From positions 359,687-423,686 of the forward strand of contig NIVC01000869.1 in the NCBI GenBank assembly GCA_002269645.1: a DNA stretch of 64,000 bases, in the 5' to 3' direction. A model generated the notes under the pieces. It did no database searches. It worked only from the letters and a program-made list of their open reading frames with translations, and was not told the DNA's origin. Below are positions 36,949 to 44,886 of this stretch, piece after piece; positions within the stretch are counted from its first letter, which is position 1, and each line of letters starts with the position of its first letter. The stretch is from Macrostomum lignano (taxonomy: Eukaryota). The position numbers and the translations under genes are program-made.

Positions 36949-38526
36949 CTAAACCCAACCTCCTAAACCTAATCTCCAGTGCCCGAACGGTAGACTGTTG
37001 ATATTGTCATCAAAAATGAATCTCTTGTTATCTGCACCTGACAGCCCAATCTTCTTTTGCTGAATTGTGTGAATAATATGGTTTTTGGATTGTAGCTTTG
37101 AGAACTCATGAGATGTCTTTTTGTTGCAATTTAAGGCGTCTCTGTATTCAGCTTCATTAATTTCCTTCCTAACCACACGTTTCGGAATTCCCTTTGATTT
37201 TTTAATTGGGTCTGACGAATCACATTTTACAAAATAGGACTTTGCTCTCAACCCAATGAATTCAGTGATTATGTCACCAGCAATCTCGTCCTTCATTTTC
37301 CCAATCACTTTCTTGTTAGTGGCGTCAAAAATTTGATCGCCATTCTGTGTCCTACAAGATTCATCATACTCAGACAAGTCAAACAAATCTTTTTGCTGCA
37401 GCATGTCCTGATAAATGTCTTCTGTTTGAATGTCCATAATAAAACTGTCTGTGTCAGTGTACAAGAGTTTCATTTTATCCTTGTACTGCTGCTTCATGCC
37501 ATAGAAGAATTGGTACATCAAACGTTTTGATTCGTCGAGAACAGTGACACCTGTATAGATCGGCTTGCGCAGCGTCACCTTGGTTTTGTAAAATATGATC
37601 ACACCTAAGTAGCTATTAAAGATATGGAGTTCTTTGAATGTTGGCTTTGACATATTTGCCTGAATAACATCAGGCTCTGATGAGGTAACAAGTTTCAGGT
37701 TTGTTCTTTTGCGCTCATTTTCAAGAGTCTTGCCATAGACAGAGTTGTTGGCCAACTTAAAGAGGTTCTTGTCAAAGTCGTTGGTTGCTTTGGTCCTAAA
37801 CTGGGTATTCTTATCAATGTAGGGTTTCATCCAAGCTTCCTCTGTAAATGTAAGAGCCCTGTGAACTTTGGTGACCCTACAACCAAGTGAGATAAAATAC
37901 TGAAGCAGTTTGTAATGGATTTTGTAACGTGTCTTGTTGTTTAGATTTTGTGTTAGTTTCTCTGTATGTTCTTTTTCTGTTCTTGACAGGTGCCAAGTTC
38001 CATTATTATCATTGGGAGTTTCGATTATTTTCGGGCACTTGATATTCTCCGGGAAGGGTGGAAAGTCAGAGAAATAGTCGTGAAGCTCTGGTGGAATGTA
38101 AACATCAACTTCATAAATGGCAGCCAATGAAAAGTCCCACTTTAGTTCTGATGAGGGTAGCCATCGAAAATCTCTAACTGGAAGATCTTGACTCATCGCC
38201 CACCCGTAGAGATTATTAGCGTCCAAGTAAGTAATGTAGTTTGAGGGCTGCTCCTTATTGTAAGATCCAATGTAGGGATTGTTTGCTTTTGCATACCTGT
38301 TAACGCAAATTGAGATTCCCCCTCGCTTTGACGATTCGACAAAATTGTACATGTCAATGTCTGTAAGAAGTTCAATGTACCAATCTGGATCTTGATCCCA
38401 TTTCATTTTAAGCAAAGATTCCCAGCTAGTGGCAGGCAGAGACACATAATGTGCTGGATCGAGGCCATATGCTGTGTACCAGGTGTATCTGAAGGTTTCA
38501 AACACATCGGCCAGCAGAAACACATT
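36949..38526 (-). pseudogene. pPolB, C-terminal polymerase part (detached from the N-terminus)
   Basis: LLADVFE; YLDANNLYGWAMSQ.LP; FKLANNSVYGKT; LLYTDTDS; NKKVIGKMKDE; FIGLRAKSY. Confidence 0.95.
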
Positions 38527-38535
38527 AGCAAGAAA

Positions 38536-38599
38536 TCAGAGAGGGCAAGTTAATCGTCATCTGGAGTTGCCATAGCGACGGGTAAACGATAGACATCAT
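38536..38599 (-). ncRNA. Box C/D snoRNA copy 1
   Basis: C box ATGATGT, C' ATGACGA, D box CTGA; guides ACTTGCCCTC (anti-18S GAGGGCAAGU) and CGTTTACCCG (anti-28S CGGGUAAACG). Confidence 0.82.
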
Positions 38600-38785
38600 T
38601 GATAGTGGATAAAATCGAGCAGCTGAGCTCGCACTGGGACTTACAGAAAAATCCGTGGGTTATGAGCGACCGCCTCTGCCCACGACTGGCTCTGAAAGAG
38701 TGCATTGGAAGCTGATAATCAAATACAGATGCACTTTAAACAAACGTATAATGAAGACTTGACCAGTTATTAACGGACAACAAAA

Positions 38786-38849
38786 TCAGAGAGGGCAAGT
38801 TGGTCGTCACTTGGGGTTGCCATAGCGACGGGTAAACGGTAGGCATCAT
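38786..38849 (-). ncRNA. Box C/D snoRNA copy 2
   Basis: C box ATGATGC, C' GTGACGA, D CTGA; guides ACTTGCCCTC and CCGTTTACCCG (11-nt match to 28S CGGGUAAACGG). Confidence 0.85.
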
Positions 38850-39040
38850 AAAAATCGCAGAGTTCAGGAAAATTTGTCATGAAAAGGCATCGCTGAAACT
38901 TACAGCTATAAAGTGTTCAACTCCTGCAGCACTGCTACAGATCTACAAGACCGAGCCTGAAAGGTTAATGTAAGCGGACAGACCGATAAGACAAGTAGTA
39001 TATAAGAGTATTTTATTTGTATTTTAATAAAATATTTTAG

Positions 39041-39104
39041 TCAGAGAGGGCAAGTTAGTCGTCACTTGGGGTTGCCATAGCGACGGGTAAACGATAGGCA
39101 TCAT
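39041..39104 (-). ncRNA. Box C/D snoRNA copy 3
   Basis: ATGATGC-CTAT-CGTTTACCCG-T-CGCT-ATGGCAACCCCAA-GTGACGA-CTA-ACTTGCCCTCT-CTGA. Confidence 0.85.
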
Positions 39105-39290
39105 GTACTTTAAAAGACTCGCAGGTGCAACAGAGCAATCGAACTTGACTCACCGATATTCGCTATCCGTATGTGCAGGCCAGCTGCGAACTCCATGGGT
39201 GGCCCTGTAAATGCAATCAGTTTGATACGTCAGTAATGAATCAAATTCCAGGTCTTTGTGCCACTAGTTCTGTACTTTTGACAGACAAAA

Positions 39291-39355
39291 TCAGAGAGGG
39301 CAAGTAAGTCGTCACACGGGTAACCATAGCGACTAGTAAAAACAATGAACATCAT
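39291..39355 (-). ncRNA. Box C/D snoRNA copy 4 (18S guide intact, 28S guide diverged)
   Basis: ATGATGT...GTGACGA..ACTTGCCCTCT-CTGA; the 5' guide reads TTGTTTTTACTAG instead of CGTTTACCCG. Confidence 0.8.
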
Positions 39356-39516
39356 TTATTTATAGACTAAACACAAAATAGAAATGAAAACTTATGGACA
39401 CCAACTCACCTATACAGATCCGCAGTTTAAGAGTCAGAGAGCGAGAGATGGCGACTGGCATTTTACTCGGCTGTCAGCTGAAACACGCATTTTGAGTCAG
39501 CTGATTGTGAAGCGGA

Positions 39517-39713
39517 GATCTTACTTCATTAGCTAACACTGGGGATGGGATCTCACTTAATTAGTTAACACTGGGGATGGGATCTCACTTCATTAGCTAA
39601 CACTGGGGATGGGATCTCACTTAATTAGTTAACACTGGGGATGGGATCTCACTTAATTAGCTAACACTGGGGATGGGATCTCACTTAATTAGTTAACACT
39701 GGGGATGGGATCT
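39517..39713. repeat. 32-bp tandem repeat (TAACACTGGGGATGGGATCTCACTT(A/C)ATTAG(T/C)), 6 copies
   Basis: Direct inspection; abuts the pPolB CHIC codons at 39714. Confidence 0.95.
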
Positions 39714-41356
39714 GCAGATGTGGCAATGAGTTGCTGATAAGAAATTGCTTTCATCCTCCTCAGTCATCATTATTGGAACAGGTTGAAGGGTGCTAATTAC
39801 TTTTTGCAACTCTAACATTCTGGCAATAAACTGCTCCACACACTGCTCTCCAAAGAAATAATTATACTCAACAAGTCCTTTTGTATTAATAAAGGCATAT
39901 GCTACTGAATTGGGGACATGTTTTTGTGTTTGAGTTTGTTTTTGTGTTTCCGGCATGATTGAGCATTCGAAATCAGCATATACAACAAATGGGAGCTTCT
40001 CCATCTTGTGATAGTTCTTAAACCGAAGATACTTCTCTTCAGCTGAAGGAAGAGAGCAGTTTTTTGGGGTGATCCTCGCATGATAATTCATGCTCTACTA
40101 GTTTTTTTAAACGCTCAGGTCCACTGTAATGCTTGAGGCACAAGCGGCAGATGGCAACAGCCTCGTGATGATTATTCAACTGCTTGTGAATGAGTCTTGA
40201 AAGATCTTTAATCCAAACATAGTGAGCCTCCTCTAGTAAATTACCAATCACTAGAAGATCAACTTCAGTCCGCCTTTTCCCCTCGGGATCTAAAACGTCT
40301 TTGCTACATCTGACCGGTTGAACTTTCTCAGTTTTTTCACTCCATTCAAAGACTGTGATTCTAATTTTGTTATTAAACACTTCTTCTAGCTTTGGGATCT
40401 GAGAGATCGCCAAGCCTCCTTTGTCAAACCTGATTCCCTTCTTTTCGCATTCAATGAGATAGTAGTTGAAATAATTTTGATAATTTGAGGTTCTTTCGGG
40501 GTGGTGAGGGACACTATCATGAAAAAGTGCAGAAAGAACTACCCACAGAGCACAGCAATTGTCTTTATTTTTAACATTTATGCAAGCTTTTTTGCCGGCT
40601 AGCTTATGCGGGAGCTCTATATAAGAGGAGGCTTTAAGTGGGTCATATTTCATGACCATGACAGTCGCTCTTTGGATCCCTCCCACGACCCATCCGGAAC
40701 CTCTGGATGTAAACGCTTCAATTTTCTTATTGACATCTTGAAGGAAAGGATCCAGTGTGTCTGTTGGGGTGAATGGCTTTGCCTTTGTTGTCATGTAATA
40801 CTCGAGATGCTCTGTGGGTTTTGCAGGCATATAAAACGCAATCTTGAATGATATCTGTAGTTTAAAGGTCTTGCGTGTTTTGAGTGTGTGATCAACAACT
40901 GATTGGATGCTGTCTGTATAGTCGTAGATGTTTGCGGTGGTATCCTTAATTGGGATTGTGTACTCTATGTAATGTTCTGTAAACTTCCTCTGTGCAAAAT
41001 TAATCTTTTCAATGGCAAGCTCCGACTCTTTTAAATGGATTAATTGCTTTAATTTCTCTTGTTCCTGCTTATTTTGTGGGTACTTTGCTTTTTCACCAGT
41101 GAGAGTTTCGTATTTGTTAATTAAGTTGCGACTCCTCTCTTGGTGTTCCTTTGCAGGATTTTTTTATAGGCGCATACTGGTTGGATTCTAATTGATTGAT
41201 GATTTCCAACTGTTTTTCATAGCTTCCCAGGTGACCAGGGTCGGTGTTAAACTTTTGCTTGCACGCTTTTCTTAGTAAATTACTTTTGTCTTGAAATGAG
41301 ACGCCTTTTGAAAAATATTTGTTGACTAAATCTTTTGCTGGATTAGCTTTTGGCAT
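39714..41356 (-). pseudogene. pPolB, N-terminal part (terminal-protein-like region up to the CHIC motif), frameshifts near 41110 and 40060
   Basis: GSGW; PL.ASSYI.LP..L..KKACINVKNKD; HYVWIKDLSRL; CRLCL; PFVVYADFEC; FL.ATHCHIC, then abrupt break. Confidence 0.9.
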
Positions 41357-41478
41357 TTTTTCTATAAAATAAAAAAATTTTTGAGGGTGACCACCCTGAT
41401 AGAAAAGTTGAACTGTTTCTACATCCTATAAGTAGCGTTAGGTTTATGAAGCTGGATAAAGTGGGGTTTTAAACCTCA

Positions 41479-41925
41479 TCACATCCGCATTATTGTAAAC
41501 CCAGCATTGTGCAGTGTCATGATTGCTTTGACAATGTCAGACTTGCTTACAGAATTTTCATGCTCACAATCATCATGATCGGGGCAGCCCTCTCCTGCCT
41601 TAATTGTTATACCTTTGTCTCTTGCAATCTTTTGCAATTCTAGCTGGTGGGCTCTATCATTCCCAGCTTTAACAGCAGTTGCTACACCTCCAGCTACACC
41701 ACCTGCGGCACTTACAGCGCCTGCAATGATCGGAATAAGAGCTGCTAATGGTAGGATTCCTCCTGACTTTTCATCTGTGATGCTGTGTCTTTGTTCATTA
41801 CACTGAACTATTTGCTGCGTGGGATCGATTTTTACTTTGATACCTTTAATTGATATAAGACCTGGTTTCTTTGATTCAATGATTTTATTGAGTTTATTGA
41901 CGGTTCTGGTTTCAATCTTTGTCAT
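41479..41925 (-). CDS. Protein X-like virion protein (GG-[FI]LP hydrophobic motif)
   Basis: KSGGILPLAALIPIIAGAVSAAGGVAGGVATAV; a homologous motif occurs in Maverick-2 (QHGGFLPFLAPI). Confidence 0.65.
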   Translation of the reverse strand: MTKIETRTVNKLNKIIESKKPGLISIKGIKVKIDPTQQIVQCNEQRHSITDEKSGGILPLAALIPIIAGAVSAAGGVAGGVATAVKAGNDRAHQLELQKIARDKGITIKAGEGCPDHDDCEHENSVSKSDIVKAIMTLHNAGFTIMRM

Positions 41926-41941
41926 TTTTTATTTTAATATT

Positions 41942-42937
41942 TTAATTAATTTCTGTGTCAGCCGGTATCACTAGGAGTTCAGCTCTAGTGAATGACCGTG
42001 TGGGGGATTTAGGGTTAAAGGCCTGAGATAAAAAGTAATAGTCACCGGAGTCGGAGGTAAAATGTCTGTCTATTTTATGTACATCAAGGCTGAAGTATGG
42101 ATCTGTAGCTCTTCTTTTGGTGTCCTTCTCTAGCTCTCCAGGTAGATATAAAAAGCGTAGAAACTCAGAGTTTGTCAGTATGTATGGTGATTCAACTCCT
42201 GGAAGCTTAGGGTAGTTTGAGGTGTCTGTTCTATGAGATGACTTAAGTTCGACAGTGTGTTGTTTAATTGCATGGGATGGTTTCAATCCAGTCATGCGCG
42301 TGACTTCATTGTTCAGTTGTTCTATAACAGTGGGGAGCCGGTCTGTCCATTTTGAATAGTACTGACCACTTTTTAGTTTCAGCTCCTCTGCTGTCTGCTT
42401 AGTGAATAGCCTCTTGGCTAGAGTTAGATTGAATCTTTCCACAAAAGCCTGGTCTCTGTGGAGCTCAGTTCTGCCATAGCGAATCTCTGTATTTTTCTTT
42501 TCCATAAGGGATTTGACTGCCCCATTGAATTCCTTACCCTGATCGACCATGAACATTTCTGGATAGGTTAGAGGAGAGGTTTCATAGATCTCTTGCAGTG
42601 CGCTGGCAACAACCTCTGACTTCTTCGTCTTGAGTGGGCGAGCTTCCTTATATCTGGAGGCAACGTCTGTAATTGTAAGAGCATACTTGTAGCCTGAGTC
42701 GTTGGGGAGAAACAAAAGATCTGCTTGGTGCGCTTCATTAGGTTTATAGATGCTAAAGTGAGGTCTTGTAAATTTTACTGGTGGGAAATAGACTTGAAAG
42801 ACAGCCTGCTTAGAGAGCCACTTTTCTACTTTAGCTTTTGGTTCCTTACTTAGTTCTGCGAGTTTGGTGACTGCATTTTTTCCTACAAAGAATCCTTTGT
42901 CACTGTAGTAGAGTTTTTTAAGTTTCTGATCTGTCAT
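41942..42937 (-). CDS. Retroviral-like (DDE) integrase of Maverick-1
   Basis: HQADLLFLP; YKYALT..DVASRY; DQGKEF; QAFVERFN.TL; intact from MTDQKL at 42937. Confidence 0.93.
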   Translation of the reverse strand: MTDQKLKKLYYSDKGFFVGKNAVTKLAELSKEPKAKVEKWLSKQAVFQVYFPPVKFTRPHFSIYKPNEAHQADLLFLPNDSGYKYALTITDVASRYKEARPLKTKKSEVVASALQEIYETSPLTYPEMFMVDQGKEFNGAVKSLMEKKNTEIRYGRTELHRDQAFVERFNLTLAKRLFTKQTAEELKLKSGQYYSKWTDRLPTVIEQLNNEVTRMTGLKPSHAIKQHTVELKSSHRTDTSNYPKLPGVESPYILTNSEFLRFLYLPGELEKDTKRRATDPYFSLDVHKIDRHFTSDSGDYYFLSQAFNPKSPTRSFTRAELLVIPADTEIN

Positions 42938-42967
42938 TTTTTTAAAAAGAAAATTTAAAATAAAATA

Positions 42968-43480
42968 ATGCAACGCTCTGTTGGTAAGTTAGATTCACAT
43001 GGACTGATAGAAAAGCTTCCTCATCCAAACAAAGGCTGGACGATTCCCGGCTATAAATATTGCGGGCCTTTGAATCCACTTGAAATACAGTTAGATACAA
43101 ACAATAATCCAAATCCTGGGCATGAGCCTGTGAACGAGCTAGACTCTGTCTGCATGTGGCACGACGTTAAATATAGAGATTTTCCTGAGGAGAAGAATCG
43201 CTGGGACAAAGAAATGCTTAGGAGACTCGACAATATGGGGATTTCAAGCGGATTTCGTGAGTCGATTGCTCGGAAATTAGTCAAGGCGGTTATTTTTGGT
43301 AAGTCTAAGTTGGGGTTGGGGGTGTGCGTCGGGGGTGGGTGTACGGGGAGAGAGGGTGGGTGTGCGGAGTGCTCGGGAGCAGGGTTTATTTTGTGCGCTC
43401 CTAACAATGAATTGGGAAGGCTCTTGAAAGATATGGGGGTAGAGAGAGCGCGCGTGGGGGGAGAGAGATTTTCACTTTAA
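42968..43480 (+). CDS. Parvovirus VP1u-like phospholipase A2 (PLA2X-like)
   Basis: IPGYKYCGPLN (Ca-binding loop), PVNELD..C..HD..Y (catalytic HD), D.EML. Confidence 0.88.
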   Translation: MQRSVGKLDSHGLIEKLPHPNKGWTIPGYKYCGPLNPLEIQLDTNNNPNPGHEPVNELDSVCMWHDVKYRDFPEEKNRWDKEMLRRLDNMGISSGFRESIARKLVKAVIFGKSKLGLGVCVGGGCTGREGGCAECSGAGFILCAPNNELGRLLKDMGVERARVGGERFSL

Positions 43481-43564
43481 CTGAGCCCAGCCGAGGAAGA
43501 ATTCCGTCTCGAGGGAAGGCCAGAATGCAAACGATTTCGGCCTCGCGCAAGGCCAGAATGCAAA

Positions 43565-43715
43565 CGATTTTGGCCTTTTGGCCTTTTTGGCCTTTTGGCC
43601 TTTTGGCCTTTTTGGCCTTTTGGCCTTTTGGCCTTTTTGGCCTTTTGGCCTTTTGGCCTGTTTGGCCTTTTGGCCTTTTGGCCTTTTGGCCTTTTGGCCT
43701 TTTGGTTTTTCGGTT
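43565..43715. repeat. 9-bp-type repeat (TTTTGGCCT)n, preceded by a duplicated GGCCAGAATGCAAACGATTT
   Basis: Direct inspection. Confidence 0.9.
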
Positions 43716-43959
43716 TTTTAACGCAACTGCCTAATGATTTCTGCAAAGTTATAGTAGCTGTCGTAATCTTTTACGTAGGTTACTCCATACTTATGAAACC
43801 AGTGTCTTTGGAGAGCTAGATTAATATTAGGGACATTGATATCAACGTCGGGCCAATATTTTCTCATGTATTCGCTGCATTATAGTTTGCATTGGTACTT
43901 GGATTTGTACAATGGATGAGGCTGAGTATAATAAGAACCTGGAGAGACAACTGGAAACA
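43716..43959 (-). pseudogene. Right-end paralog of the TIR-straddling ORF, with a GAA>TAA nonsense change
   Basis: MFPVVSPGSYYTQPHPLYKSKYQCKL*CSEYMRKYWPDVDINVPNINLALQRHWFHKYGVTYVKDYDSYYNFAEIIRQLR. Confidence 0.7.
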
Positions 43960-44351
43960 TTTTTATTAAGAATTTATTTTTTTCAAAGGGTAAGGACCCT
44001 GCGCTGATGATTTAAAGTCTTAGGGATCTGGTAGCATGTTGCAAATTGAATGTGGGCCCCATGGGGAGAAGAATGCAGATTATTTTCTGATTGTTTCGAA
44101 GATGCTATGGGTGGATGTTGGTGGATTATAATGGGATTATGTTTGAAGTTTTCGGAACAAGTAGGACACCTGTTATGCTCTGATTCTGTCAGGGATAATA
44201 TGGATGGATTTAATGGGATTATGGAGGACGTTTTGTGAGCGAGTGCGACCCCCCTTTTTTCTGATTCTGTCGGGGATAATATAGATGGATTTAATGGAAT
44301 TATGGAGGACGTGAAAAATTTTGTCTCAGAAGCCCCATCATGCCTTCTACT
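43819..44351 (-). repeat. Right TIR of Maverick-1
   Basis: Reverse complement of 28361-28903; followed by the TSD GAGATT. Confidence 0.95.
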
Positions 44352-44424
44352 GAGATTTTAGCACACGTTTATCTAAGAAGGCTTTTGCGCATGTTATCTA
44401 AAAGCCCCCTCTTTCCTTCTACTG

Positions 44425-44886
44425 TCAAGGCTTACTAGGAGAATTGCTGAGATTTCGAGGCTTACTGAGAGAATTGCTGAGACTTCGAGGCTTACTGGGA
44501 TAATTGCTGAGATTTCGAGGCTTACTGGGATAATTGCTGAGATTTCGAGGCTTACTGGGATAATTGCTGAGACTTCGAGGCTTACTGGGATAATTGCTGA
44601 GATTTCGAGGCTTACTGGGATAATTGCTGAGATTTCGAGGCTTACTGGGATAATTGCTGAGATTTCGAGGCTTACTGAGAGAATTGCTGAGACTTCGAGG
44701 CTTACTGAGAGAATTGCTGAGACTTCGAGGCTTACTGGGATAATTGCTGAGATTTCGAGGCTTACTGGGATAATTGCTGAGATTTCGAGGCTTACTGGGA
44801 TAATTGCTGAGATTTCGAGGCTTACTGAGAGAATTGCTGAGACTTCGAGGCTTACTGAGAGAATTGCTGAGATTTCGAGGCTTACT
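44425..44886. repeat. 30-bp tandem repeat (GAATTGCTGAGATTTCGAGGCTTACTGGGA-type), about 15 copies
   Basis: Direct inspection; related units are dispersed at 19170-20070. Confidence 0.95.

Larger units (their letters stand above)
38527..39516 (-). ncRNA. Fragment of a non-coding snoRNA host gene: micro-exons 39154-39204, 38904-38956, 38645-38691 and an upstream exon ending at 39410
   Basis: Each spacer holds a 47-53-nt segment bounded by a pyrimidine-rich ..CAG acceptor and a GTAAGT/GTGAGT donor on the minus strand; each intron holds one C/D repeat. Confidence 0.75.
28361..44351. mobile_element. Maverick/Polinton (adintovirus-like) element 1, full length, 15,991 bp
   Basis: AGTAG...CTACT termini, about 540-bp TIRs, perfect 6-bp TSD GAGATT (28355-60 and 44352-57); encodes pPolB, integrase, packaging ATPase, protease, major and minor capsid proteins and PLA2. 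Confidence 0.96.

Noticed and set aside
38566-39333. RFX X-box-like motif GTTGCCATAGCGAC in each repeat (regulatory array)
   Set aside because: It fits the X-box consensus, but conservation extends over the C, C' and D boxes and rRNA-complementary guides, which a TF site would not explain. Treated as coincidental, though not excluded.
38536-39355. CRISPR array interpretation of the repeat-spacer pattern
   Set aside because: Repeats (64 nt) and spacers (about 190 nt) are too long, there are no cas genes, the context is eukaryotic, and the spacers contain splice sites. The snoRNA reading explains boxes, guides and spacing.
43477-43819. KAKRP and FWPFG repeat ORFs
   Set aside because: Translations of the TTTTGGCCT repeat.
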